From: Salisapilia sapeloensis CBS 127946
Lineage: Eukaryota; Protista; Oomycota
Direction: 5' to 3'
Assembly (NCBI GenBank): GCA_023334545.1
Contig: JAADVB010000021.1
Location: 1-64,000, forward strand
Length of the DNA stretch: 64,000 bases
Below the pieces are notes generated by a model. That model searched no databases. It was not told the DNA's origin and saw nothing but the letters and a program-made list of their open reading frames with translations. Positions within the stretch are counted from its first letter, which is position 1. Every line of letters starts with the position of its first letter. Made by a program: the position numbers and the translations under genes. Shown one piece after another: positions 1 through 10,093 of the stretch.

Positions 1-547
1 CAGACTCGGGCATGGCCAAGATATCGTCCATAGCATTTCGTATTGCTTCAGTGTCCTGAACTATAATTTCGAGCTTGCAATTCTGTTCCCTCAACTGCAC
101 TTCATACCTTGCCTCCGCAGCTTTCCATTCCTGGTGAAAAGCGCTTACTTCCCCGATACTGTCAAGAGCAAGGTCTTGCAAGAGCTTGTCTACTTCTGCG
201 TAATACTTGTTGGTCGTCTCCTTTACTTTATCGGACCGAAAAAATCGATCTACCTTGCTCTTCCTTGTGTACTCTACCAGAAACTCGTGATAGTTGTATA
301 CGATGTTGAAGAAACGGGTAATGGTTTCTTCCGATGCAGCTCCTTCATCCGTTAGCTCAAGTATCCTTTTCGTTAGACGCTCCAGATGTTCATTGACCTC
401 CACACAAAGCGCATCGCTCTCCTTCATATCCTTGCAGCATCTGTAAATCTCTTCGAGAAATCCCGTCACACCGCTGAGTCCAGGGAATATTACCTCCGCG
501 CTTCGGAGACCTTCGAGAAAGATGCGGGCACCGGGATTTGTCGACAT
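1..547 (-). CDS. 5' part of a protein with an MLKL-like N-terminal helical bundle (probably an oomycete TKL kinase); runs off the window
   Basis: Not in the ORF track because it has no stop. ATG at 547 opens a frame to the window edge: MSTNPGARIFLEGLRSAEVIFPGLSGVTGFLEEIYRCCKDMKESDALCVEVNEHLERLTKRILELTDEG...FFNIVYNYHEFLVEYTRKSKVDRFFRSDKVKETTNKYYAEVDKLLQDLALDSIGEVSAFHQEWKAAE. The pattern resembles the N-terminal domain of oomycete TKL kinases. Confidence 0.55.
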   Translation of the reverse strand, partial: MSTNPGARIFLEGLRSAEVIFPGLSGVTGFLEEIYRCCKDMKESDALCVEVNEHLERLTKRILELTDEGAASEETITRFFNIVYNYHEFLVEYTRKSKVDRFFRSDKVKETTNKYYAEVDKLLQDLALDSIGEVSAFHQEWKAAEARYEVQLREQNCKLEIIVQDTEAIRNAMDDILAMPES

Positions 548-1445
548 ATTTTCTTTTACAGTCGATAGTCTTGGTTTCCTTGTTTCCTTTTCACTTGCAA
601 GTGCTCCAATTCAAATCTATTCACCACTTAGACGCGTTCCGTGGCAAGTGGGTTACCACTAAGGAAGGTAAGTAGGAACTTGATTTGTAGCTGATAAAAA
701 GGAAAATGAATTGAATGTGGTCTTATGGATCTACTTGCTCGACAGATCCGTATGCTGGCGTGCCTATCAGTTCACTTTATGTACACATCACAGTTGTCCA
801 TCTTGACTGGATTCTGGATCCAAATTGAGAAGTAGAAATCTGGAAAGATGAAGCTATAGTAAAATCAAGGTTAAAAATCAATCTCCATTGCAGGATCGCT
901 ACTGACCATAAAGATTGACTGCAATTCATTTTGCCTTGGAGTTTTGGACAGACAAAGAAGTGGGTACACAGTCCGACTGATGTTATCTAGATAGAAGGCA
1001 GGAGTAGTCGCATTACGGTAAGGCTGTGATTTTGGTCCATTTTAAGATACAATAGAAAGCTTCCAAGTGAAGAACTTTCCTGGCACTCGACTGGAAATTT
1101 GCCAGAAATCTACCAGGAAAGCGGTCTCGCGAGACTCATCGCTGGGCTGATCTTTTGTCTACCTGTTTGTACTGTTATATAGTCTTATGTGCTAATATTA
1201 GCTCGACTAATTATTGCGCATGGTGTGCAATTTTTCCTAGTATCGTATCTTTGGACTGGTGCAAGCGCACTTCTCCGTCGCAGAGGTGCTATTGCACTAT
1301 TAAAACGCTACTAAAAGTTGCGTACTCTTACGAATGAACACAAATGCATAAATAGAAGCAATTTCTCAGCTTGTTTACATCGTCTGGTAACCCTGTAACA
1401 AAAGTAAAAAATAGTATCTTTTCAATCAAGGACTGTATTCCCATC

Positions 1446-2603
1446 TTACTCCTGTAGCCACTGTTGACGAATCTGGAGAGCGTTCGGATCATGTTGAGGG
1501 AGCGCCTTCACTTGAGTGTCGACAGCTGTTTCAATCTTTTCACGAACCTCTGGCGTTATCTTGTCAATGAACTGCATAGCTTTCAAGTTCTCATCGAGCT
1601 GTTTGACGTTTGACGCACCAAGAATAACCGTGGACACATGCTCATTTGATGCACAGTAGGCAATGGCCAATTGGGCCATTGTACATCCAACTTCCTTGGC
1701 GATCGGTTCCAGCTTGCGAGCCTTGTCAATTCTGCTGTCCACGTCGTTCATTAGCCACTCGTAATCGCCTTTTGAAAGGCGAGATCCTTCAGGGATACCG
1801 TTGTTGTATTTGCCCGTCAAAATACCAAAGGCAAGAGGTGACCAGGTCGTTAGCCCGTAGCCATACTTGGCATACAGGGGCTGGTACTCAAAGTCGACTC
1901 GCGAGCGTTCGAGGATGCTGTATTGCGTCTGGTCATAGCACGGACGGCACATGCCGAGACGGTCAGCAATCTCACAAGCTTCAATGACATCTTGGGCATG
2001 CCATTCACTTGTCCCCCAGTAGAAAGTGTATCCCTGATCAATGAGGAAGTTCATGCCTCTCACGGTCTCTTCGATGGAAGTGTATGGATCGCGACGGTGG
2101 CAGAATACGACGTCGACATACTCGAGGTTCATACGTTTAAGAGAACCCTTCATGCCTTCAATAACATGCTTTCTGCTCAATCCCTTGTCATTTGGACCGC
2201 TCTTGCCAGCACCTCCAAAAAGCTTGGTCGATATGACCAGATCTTCACGCTCCCACACACCTCGGCTAACGCCGGCTTCAACGATCTTACCGAAGACTTC
2301 CTCCGACTTGCCGTTACCGTACGCTTCAGCATTGTCGAAGAAGTTGATGCCCATCTCATAGGCTCTTTTGACGATGCCAAATACGAGCTCAAAGTCGACT
2401 TCGTCATTGAGGGTAACCCAGGATCCAAAAGAGAGCTGGGACACAAGCAGACCGGTGTTGCCAAGGAAGCGGTATTTCATACCGTGGTCTCCAGTCGGGT
2501 TGGCCATCGTAGCTGTCAAAAAGGTGTTGACTGGTGCTTGTCGACTAGCGATCGGATGAACAAATGTACGTATCGGAAGGGAGCTACAGCTGAGACGAAG
2601 CAT
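1446..2603 (-). CDS. Aldo-keto reductase, voltage-gated K+ channel beta subunit (Kv-beta/KCNAB) family
   Basis: Intronless 385 aa. MKYRFLGNTGLLVSQLSFGSW, FFDNAEAYGNG, LVISTKLFGG, GLSRKHVIEG, DVVFCHR, YWGTSEW, TTWSPLAFGILTGKY are typical Kv-beta/AKR6 motifs. Confidence 0.93.
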   Translation of the reverse strand: MLRLSCSSLPIRTFVHPIASRQAPVNTFLTATMANPTGDHGMKYRFLGNTGLLVSQLSFGSWVTLNDEVDFELVFGIVKRAYEMGINFFDNAEAYGNGKSEEVFGKIVEAGVSRGVWEREDLVISTKLFGGAGKSGPNDKGLSRKHVIEGMKGSLKRMNLEYVDVVFCHRRDPYTSIEETVRGMNFLIDQGYTFYWGTSEWHAQDVIEACEIADRLGMCRPCYDQTQYSILERSRVDFEYQPLYAKYGYGLTTWSPLAFGILTGKYNNGIPEGSRLSKGDYEWLMNDVDSRIDKARKLEPIAKEVGCTMAQLAIAYCASNEHVSTVILGASNVKQLDENLKAMQFIDKITPEVREKIETAVDTQVKALPQHDPNALQIRQQWLQE

Positions 2604-3413
2604 GATTGCGCATCAAGATATCAATATCATTTCTTTCAAATCTTTTCGTCTGAAGATCTTATAAATCAGATTAAATGTTGGTCATGCACACACTTGCTAC
2701 ATGTACAGAATTAAGATAGCATGGAACGTTAAATGGAATGGGTCGTGTCTGTCCTTTCGTTTCTACTTGATAGCGTCTTCACACTGTCTTGGATGCCAGT
2801 CTCAAGCTACGGAGGCAATAGCTACACAACGTATTTGACACCACTTGGAAACTCCAATGTAATGGACAAAAGTGGAAGGAGCCGGGGCGTGCAAGCGTCA
2901 AATAAAAAAGATGGTGAGTCTTTCAAGTGAAATCTTAAACCTCTGCATCGAACTGCCTTGATGTTGACTACAAAGTATCCCTCGCCAAAAGCAAACCTGA
3001 ACAGCATCGATACTTGTCAGCGCTAGATGCAATTCACATACTGCAAGCCAATTCTCTCTTTACAGGTCAATCCAAGCTAATTTCGCTCCAATACGAGCAA
3101 TGATACTCGTTCAATTCTCGCTGTTTAAATGCAAGATGCAGCTATCGGTAGTGAGAGCAGCGATTCAAACTTCTCTATCTGCTTTTCTTCGAATGCCATA
3201 AAACCGCTTCAAGCAGCCTCAACCTGGACGTACCGGACAAAGCATTCAAACAGCCACAGAAACTTGGTCGTTTCTCCGGTTATGTTTCGAACATGTTTGG
3301 AACGGCTCAGGAACCTTGTACCACTTGCATGCGTGTGGTCCACAAGATTTTATTGTATCGATCTGATTCTGTCGGGAGATCTCGTGGCCAGCAGTCGAAA
3401 ACGAGTTCCTAGG

Positions 3414-6400
3414 ATGGCGGATCAGCACCCTGGAGAACAGGCCGATGGCCAGCCCAAGATGAGCAAGAACGCCATGAAGAAGGCCATGCGCGCCAAGAAG
3501 AACGGTGACGATGGGCAGAAGAAGAAGGAGAAGGATCCGAACCGTTGGGCGCCCAAGAGCGACAAGCCCAAGAAGAAGAAGGAGCCAAAGGAAGACAAGC
3601 CAAAGTTTGTCAACACAACGCCCAAGGGAGACAAGAAGGACTTGTCGGCCCCTATTGCAGCAGCCTACGACCCCGAAGCGGTCGAAGCTGCGTGGCAGGA
3701 TTGGTGGGAAGCCCAGGGATTCTTTACGTGCACGCCGGAGCAGATGCAGCAAGCCAAGCCAGAGGAGCGCTTCGTCATGGTCATCCCTCCGCCCAACGTC
3801 ACCGGCTCGCTCCATCTCGGACATGCCTTGACCGTGTCTATCCAGGACGCTCTGACGCGATGGCATCGTATGCGAGGTCACGCGACGCTGTGGGTGCCTG
3901 GCACGGACCACGCCGGTATCGCTACGCAGTCGGTGGTTGAAAAGCGTCTGTACAAGGAAGAGCAGTTGACTCGCCACGACCTCGGTCGCGAAAAGTTCCT
4001 GGAGCGGACGATGGCGTGGAAGGACGAGTACGAGAACCGCATCCATCACCAATTCCGCAGCCTTGCGTGCAGTGTCGACTGGTCGCGTGCCTACTTTAGC
4101 ATGGACGACAACTGCAGCCGAGCCGTCAAGCACGCATTTGCCAAGTTGTGGGAGGAAGGATTGATCTACCGCGCCACCAAGATGATCAACTGGAGTTGTC
4201 AGCTCAAGACGGCTTTGTCCGAGATCGAGGTCGACTATATCGATGTGGAGAAGCGTACTTTGTTCAGCGTCCCTGGACACTCGCCTACGAAGAAGTACGA
4301 GTTCGGTGTCCTGACGTCCTTCGGGTATAAGGTGGAAGATTCCGACGAGCAGTTGATCGTCGCCACCACTCGTCTCGAGACCATGCTGGGTGACTCTGGT
4401 GTCGCCGTCCACCCGGAGGATCCTCGCTACAAGCACTTGCATGGCAAGTACGTCGTTCACCCATTTGTGGACCGCCGTATCCCGATCGTCCTCGACTCGG
4501 AGCTGGTGGACATGGAGTTTGGTACGGGTGCCGTCAAGATCACTCCTGCCCACGACCCAAACGATTATGAGTGTGGTAAGCGCCACAACCTCGAGTTCAT
4601 CAACATCCTAACGGACGAAGGTGCGATGAACGACAACGCGGGTGAGTTCAAGGGCATGATGCGCTACGATGCTCGTGTCGCGGTCGAAAAGGCGTTGGAG
4701 GCCAAGGGTCTCTTCCACGGCAAGCAAGACAACAAGATGCGTCTCGGCTTTTGCTCTCGCTCGAATGACGTCATCGAGCCGCTCGTCAAGCCCCAGTGGT
4801 TCGTCGACTGTTCGCAGATGGCCAAGGACGCCATGGAAGCCGTCGCGAAGAAGGATCTGACCATCGTTCCTGAAATGCACGAGAAGACCTGGAACCGATG
4901 GCTAGAGAACATTCGCGACTGGTGCATCTCCCGTCAGCTCTGGTGGGGCCACCGCATTCCAGCCTACTTTGCCACGATCAAGGGCGAGTCGTACGTGGAT
5001 AAGAACGCCGAGAGCTCGGGAGACCGGTGGGTCGCAGGACTGTCGGACGACGACGCTCGCGCCAAGGCCGCCAAGAAGCTCGGTGTGAGCGAAGACCAGA
5101 TCGAGCTGGAGCAGGATGAAGACGTCCTGGACACGTGGGTGAGTGCCAGTCTGTTCCCGTTCGCAGTCTTTGGCTGGCCGAACGAGTCGATGGATTTGAA
5201 CTTTTACCCGACGGACTTGATGGAGACTGGTATCGACATCATCTTTTTCTGGGTCGCCCGCATGGTCTTTATGGGCCAGAAGCTCACGGGCAAGCTGCCG
5301 TTCCACACGGTCTACTTCCACTCGATGGTCCGAGACAAATACGGCCGGAAGATGTCCAAGAGTCTCGGCAACGTCGTCGATCCGCTCGAGATCATCTCTG
5401 GCTGCACGCTCGACAGTCTCTTCAAGAAGTTGGAGGGCGGCAACCTTCCTGCCAAGGAAGTGGAGAAAGCCAAAAAGGGTCAAAAGATGGAGTTCCCTAA
5501 CGGCATTCCAGAATGCGGCGCCGACGCCCTCCGCTTCGGCCTCTTGTCCTACACGCAGCAGGCGCGAGACATCAACCTCGACATCAACCGTCTTGTGGGC
5601 TACCGCATGTTCTGCAACAAGCTCTGGAACGCCGTCCGCTTTGCGCTCACCAACTTGGAGGACGGGTCCTTTGACGCCAGCCAAGTGACACCGGAGACCA
5701 TTCTCAAGAACAAGGTCGTGAGTCCTCGCGACCGCCACATCCTCAGTCGCTTGAACCACACCATCAACGTCTGCAACAAGAGCTTCACCGACTATGACTT
5801 TGGCGAGCTCGGCGCTACGCTCTACGGCTTCTGGCTCTACGACGTCTGCGACGTTTACCTGGAGTTGACCAAGCCTGTGATGAACGGCGACGACTTGGAA
5901 GCAAAGAAGACGGCGCAGCAGACGCTCTACGTGTGTCTCGAGATGGGACTGCGGCTGCTCCATCCGCTCATGCCGTACGTGACCGAAGAGTTGTGGCAGC
6001 GACTCCCAGGCTCTCGTCCGACTGCCAGTATCACCATCGCTTCGTACCCGCAGCCTGTAGATGGCTGGACGGACGAAACGACGGAGAAGAACATGGAGCT
6101 CGTCAAGGACGTCATCCATGCCGCCAGATCCGTTCGAGGCGAGTACGGACTCGTGAACAAGGTTCGTCCGCAGTGCTTTATCAAGTGCTCAGACGAAAGC
6201 GTCAAGCAAGTGATGCAAGCCCAACTCGATGACTTTGAGACGTTGGCCAAGGCGGAAAAGTCCGAGTGTCTTGTGACGGAGGATCCGCCGAAGGGATGCG
6301 CCATGCACAGTGTCAACGACAGCGTCCAGGTGCACGTGCTATTGGTGGGCGTCGTGGACTTTGCGAATGAAATCACCAAACTCGAGAAGAAGCTCGAGAA

Positions 6401-6566
6401 GCTCGTGCCGGCTCTGGAAAGCCTGGAGAAGAAGCGCGCCAAGGAAGATTATGAAACCAAGGTCCCGGAGAACGTCCGTGAGGCGGATGCGACCAAGCTG
6501 GAAGGACTGCTCAAGGAGAAGAAGGGTCTCGAGGACGCCATCGAAGGGTTCAAGCGATTGCTGTAG
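3414..6566 (+). CDS. VARS: Valyl-tRNA synthetase
   Basis: PPPNVTGSLHLGHA (HIGH), GTDHAGIATQ, DWCISRQLWWGH, KMSKS and a C-terminal coiled coil. Likely start MADQH at 3414; the frame is open upstream to 3129. Confidence 0.98.
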   Translation: MADQHPGEQADGQPKMSKNAMKKAMRAKKNGDDGQKKKEKDPNRWAPKSDKPKKKKEPKEDKPKFVNTTPKGDKKDLSAPIAAAYDPEAVEAAWQDWWEAQGFFTCTPEQMQQAKPEERFVMVIPPPNVTGSLHLGHALTVSIQDALTRWHRMRGHATLWVPGTDHAGIATQSVVEKRLYKEEQLTRHDLGREKFLERTMAWKDEYENRIHHQFRSLACSVDWSRAYFSMDDNCSRAVKHAFAKLWEEGLIYRATKMINWSCQLKTALSEIEVDYIDVEKRTLFSVPGHSPTKKYEFGVLTSFGYKVEDSDEQLIVATTRLETMLGDSGVAVHPEDPRYKHLHGKYVVHPFVDRRIPIVLDSELVDMEFGTGAVKITPAHDPNDYECGKRHNLEFINILTDEGAMNDNAGEFKGMMRYDARVAVEKALEAKGLFHGKQDNKMRLGFCSRSNDVIEPLVKPQWFVDCSQMAKDAMEAVAKKDLTIVPEMHEKTWNRWLENIRDWCISRQLWWGHRIPAYFATIKGESYVDKNAESSGDRWVAGLSDDDARAKAAKKLGVSEDQIELEQDEDVLDTWVSASLFPFAVFGWPNESMDLNFYPTDLMETGIDIIFFWVARMVFMGQKLTGKLPFHTVYFHSMVRDKYGRKMSKSLGNVVDPLEIISGCTLDSLFKKLEGGNLPAKEVEKAKKGQKMEFPNGIPECGADALRFGLLSYTQQARDINLDINRLVGYRMFCNKLWNAVRFALTNLEDGSFDASQVTPETILKNKVVSPRDRHILSRLNHTINVCNKSFTDYDFGELGATLYGFWLYDVCDVYLELTKPVMNGDDLEAKKTAQQTLYVCLEMGLRLLHPLMPYVTEELWQRLPGSRPTASITIASYPQPVDGWTDETTEKNMELVKDVIHAARSVRGEYGLVNKVRPQCFIKCSDESVKQVMQAQLDDFETLAKAEKSECLVTEDPPKGCAMHSVNDSVQVHVLLVGVVDFANEITKLEKKLEKLVPALESLEKKRAKEDYETKVPENVREADATKLEGLLKEKKGLEDAIEGFKRLL

Positions 6567-6696
6567 ACGAGAACGCAAGACGGAAGACGTGAATGAATTT
6601 ACAAACATGCAGGAAAATCGTTGTTGGGGCTTTAGACAGTCGTGACGGTTCTTCACGTTGGTTTGATTTTCATATTATACTCCAGGATTAAGTAGA

Positions 6697-6812
6697 GCCG
6701 GCGGTGCGGAGCTGTAGGTGCCAAGCTGTTGTGTTGTGTTGACTCGACTCATCCGCCACGACAAGTGACATGAGTATCGACAGCACTTTGACTTGTAATC
6801 GCCGCCACCGGC
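6697..6812. other. Long imperfect hairpin in the convergent intergenic region
   Basis: GCCGGCGGTGCGG (6697-6709) complements CCGCCACCGGC (6802-6812); inner arms GCTGTTG/CGACAGC and ACTCAT (6747-6752)/ATGAGT (6770-6775). Paired by eye. Confidence 0.4.
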
Positions 6813-6916
6813 CGAATCACATCAACAACGCCGCCCAAAGCAAAATGGGAGCTGAAAAAGGAAAGAAAGTAAAAAAGTAAAAACATGAAATGAAGAGAGA
6901 GCGTGCCCAGGCAGAA

Positions 6917-8337
6917 TTACAGCCAAACAGCACTGTGTCTCTCCTCATCCTCCAGTCGCATATCCGTACTCAGGCTCTTCGCGATCGTCCGACTGCTGGA
7001 CGGTCGAGCACGACGAGGGGAGTTCAAAAGGACAGAGGAGCCGCGTGACAGGGCCGGTCCCGATGCCGGTGGTCGCGCTGCTGACGTCATGCGTCGCAAG
7101 TTGGCTACAAGAATAGAATCATGAGTACATTTTAAAGAGTCCGATGATAAAAAGACGTACAGAACGTAGCGTTCTTGCTCGAGTCCGTGAACATTGTAGT
7201 TCGTCGATTGGCCGCGTACTCGGCGTGCGACACGGACTGCGGTCGCACCTTGGTCACGCGCTTCTTCTCCTGCATGTGCTCTAGTTTCATCAAAATGTCG
7301 CGGCGCTGCTTGAGGATCGACGTCAAGTCTACGTCCGACTCGCGGTCGCCGTCCTCTTCGCTGGCAACGGACACAGCTGTTGGTCGAGGCTTGGGCATCG
7401 CAGCAGGGTTGTCCGCCGCGTTCGCTGCGTACTTGCCGATGGTCGGCCGAACAATCTTCTTGTACTCCTTCGTGCTCTTGACAGCGTCTCCATCGACCTC
7501 GTGCTGCTTCATGCAGTTGACGCAGAAACCGAGCTTGAACGGATTCGGCTTGTAATCGTCACACACCCCTTCTTCTTCCGGGTCTTCTGCCGGTTCCCCC
7601 CACCGCGCGTGTATAACCGTGGGCGATTCTGCTGGACTGGCTAGAATGAGCTCTTTGTCCATCTCTGCGGCCGAGCCCATGTACCCCGGGTCGTCGTATG
7701 AATGGTACATCTGATCTTCCTCCGCATGCGCAGAGTTCCCCGTCGCGGCGAGTTTCCTGTGCAGCATCCGCTTGACGCTTCTGTCAAAACGAGATTTCCT
7801 AGTTAGTGAAGAGCGTAAGGAAAAGAAGAAAGCGTAAACGGTGGAAAGCAGCGTACCCTCGCGAGTCCTCGGACAAAATGGGCGTATCGCTCATCGAATT
7901 ACTGTAAATGTTGTCTGCCGAGTGATTCCGACTGAGCGTCGTCTTAGACACTCTTCCCCTGCATGCCACCGCGTTAGCAAGACCGATGGAGGCGTGTCAA
8001 GATGTATTTGGCATACCTAGAGTTTTTCCGCTGCTGTGGAGGAAGCATCTGCAGTGCAGACGGTCTGTTATCAAGGAGTGCGTCGACGTCGACACTGTGT
8101 GCCACGGGGGTGGAGCTTCGATTCCCATTCGCATGGTCCCTATTGCCGTCATGGACACTTAGTTCAGCGAACATATACCTGTCAGATCACAACGGCTTAC
8201 CGGAATATGTCATAGTCGTCGGCACTGTGCCTCTGTAAGACCTGGTGCTACGGGATAAACAAATGAGCAAGCGCCTCGCGACCTCCCAGCCTATCTCGAA
8301 ACCTCACCTCACTGTTTCGTGTGCACGAGTTGCCCAT
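6917..8337 (-). CDS. Six-exon protein of about 380 aa with an N-terminal acylation motif (MGNSC) and a Cys3His motif
   Basis: Five GT-AG introns join the track ORFs 7974-8174, 7132-7767 and 6917-7099 in frame. Contains CDDYKPNPFKLGFCVNCMKQH followed by a coiled-coil segment. Confidence 0.65.
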
Positions 8338-8594
8338 CACCAAACGTCGACTCCGTAGGCTGCAGTCAGAAGTATATGTCAACGGCCGACCGAGCGCTGT
8401 GGAGATGGGGAGGGGGAGCAAATCTCGATGCGAACGAACTGAGCGCCGGCGTGTGTACTCTCCCAATGCCAGCTGGAAGGAGTCAGAGTGTCTCGTAATG
8501 ATCCGAGGATTCGTAACGACAGTATAACCGGACACAGCCGCATCTGAGAAATCTGAGGCATCTGAGAAAAAAAGCGACATGGATTGACATTCGT

Positions 8595-9892
8595 TTATCG
8601 CAGGCGGCGGCCTGTGCCCTGGAACGGCTCGGCTTTCGGCTCCTCCTCTTTCTTTTCTTCACTAGGCCCACCGCCTAGACGATTGCCACCAGTGTTCCGA
8701 TCGAACGACGAACTGATGCCACTTGTTGACTGCCCAGAGCCGTGAAAAGCCTGATACTTGCCTAAACGAGCAGCTCGGAGTTGAGAGAGATCCGTCCCGG
8801 TCTTCTTCCCGCTCGCGCTTTTATTCAGACGCAGGCCACTACCACCTAGGCGACTTCCAGAGGTACTCGTAGGCTTCATCGTCGGTACACCTGTACAAGA
8901 TTTAGTCAAACATCCATGCTAGCTAGATCATCTTCGTCACCTCCGTACGGCGCTGGTGCTGGCGCTGCCGAAGTGTCATTCGAAGCGGCTTTCGGAGCCT
9001 GTGGGGGCGTGTAGTCTGCTGGCGCCTCAAAGTCGACTTCGCAGTCCGTCTCGATGATGCACGCAGCAGGCGACGGCTTGACTTCCCGAACGTCCAGCAA
9101 AAAGTTCTTGTCATTGTACTTAAGGCAGATCGTATCTCCGACTGTCATGCACGAGAATTTACGAAGAGAAGCTTCGAGTCTACCCCCAGATTAAGTACAT
9201 TTTACGATTGAGGTATAAGCGATACGTACACTGCTCGTGGGTTGGAGATGTCTAGGAACTCGATGGACTGCGGTCGGATCTTGACGAACGTGGCCTTTGG
9301 TAGAGACACATTATGAATATTGACGATGCCTCCTTCCTCTAAAAACAAGTTTTGCATCATCTATCTCGACGCATGAGCTCTCCGATCGTGCTATCAAACG
9401 AAAAGGAGTAGCTACCCAGTACGGCATGTAGCATGTTCCTTCTGGGGCACTAAATTCTAATACACCGCAGTGCGAGTGTCGATCCACGGCGTCGTTGCTA
9501 ACTTTGAAAAGCATCGGGTACTCGATGTGCAGTCGTGCTACGTCGTCTACTGTTTGTATTGTCCATAAAAGCATCGCTGTATGAGAAACGTACCGAGTGT
9601 CTCGAGCGCAGAGGGAGGCAGCAGGACTAGTCGCACCCAGTATTAGCAACCTGGAGTTAGAAGATAGCTATTAGATACCAGCGTACTCTTGTCTCCGTCT
9701 TCCAAATGCTCCTTGTCACAGAACGACACTGGGTAGACTCGATACAGCTCATCAAACCTAGCATAGGCGTGCTATCAAGCACATACGAAAGCTAGAAAGG
9801 CTGTAGAATACATACTGCTGCGGCATGCCGACGGGCCCAAAGTCGACGCCGAACGGGTTGTCTGGGTTTAATCCAAAGCCATTGAACTGCAT
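8595..9892 (-). CDS. UFD1: Ubiquitin fusion degradation protein 1 (multi-exon)
   Basis: [73 protein letters not shown] and C-terminal FQGTGRRL. Confidence 0.95.
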
Positions 9893-10093
9893 TCAAACCA
9901 CACACATAGCTGCGTTAGTCCCATCCGTCTACCTATTCCACCCTATGTCTGCACATAAAGTCCTGTGTAGACAGCAAGAGGCTGCAGAAGACGTACCATA
10001 GTGCTATCCTTGTGTTCTTTCGTTATCCGACTGAGCTTCTGACACGCATACTTTAACCAAGTCAAAACCTGCTGCTCCACTTCAGACACGAGA

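Noticed and set aside
1076-1135. Dyad cluster TTTCCTGG...CCAGGAAA plus palindrome GTCTCGCGAGAC
   Set aside because: Short, with no Helitron CTRR end, TIR/TSD pair or second copy in the window; likely chance.
3246-6119. Long minus-strand ORFs (446 aa and 405 aa) opposite ValRS
   Set aside because: Antisense shadows caused by high-GC3 codon bias; no protein motifs. The same applies to ORFs opposite EF-G, the SDRs and DBP2 (51062-52249).
8540-8568. Triple 9-nt repeat (ATCTGAG core) and similar micro-repeats at 15305-15325
   Set aside because: Too short and degenerate; no spacers or cas genes, so not CRISPR-like.
8248-8580. 110-aa ORF starting 14 nt after the UFD1 stop
   Set aside because: Only the MGNSCTRNSE segment fits a spliced gene model; the rest looks like UTR or intron.
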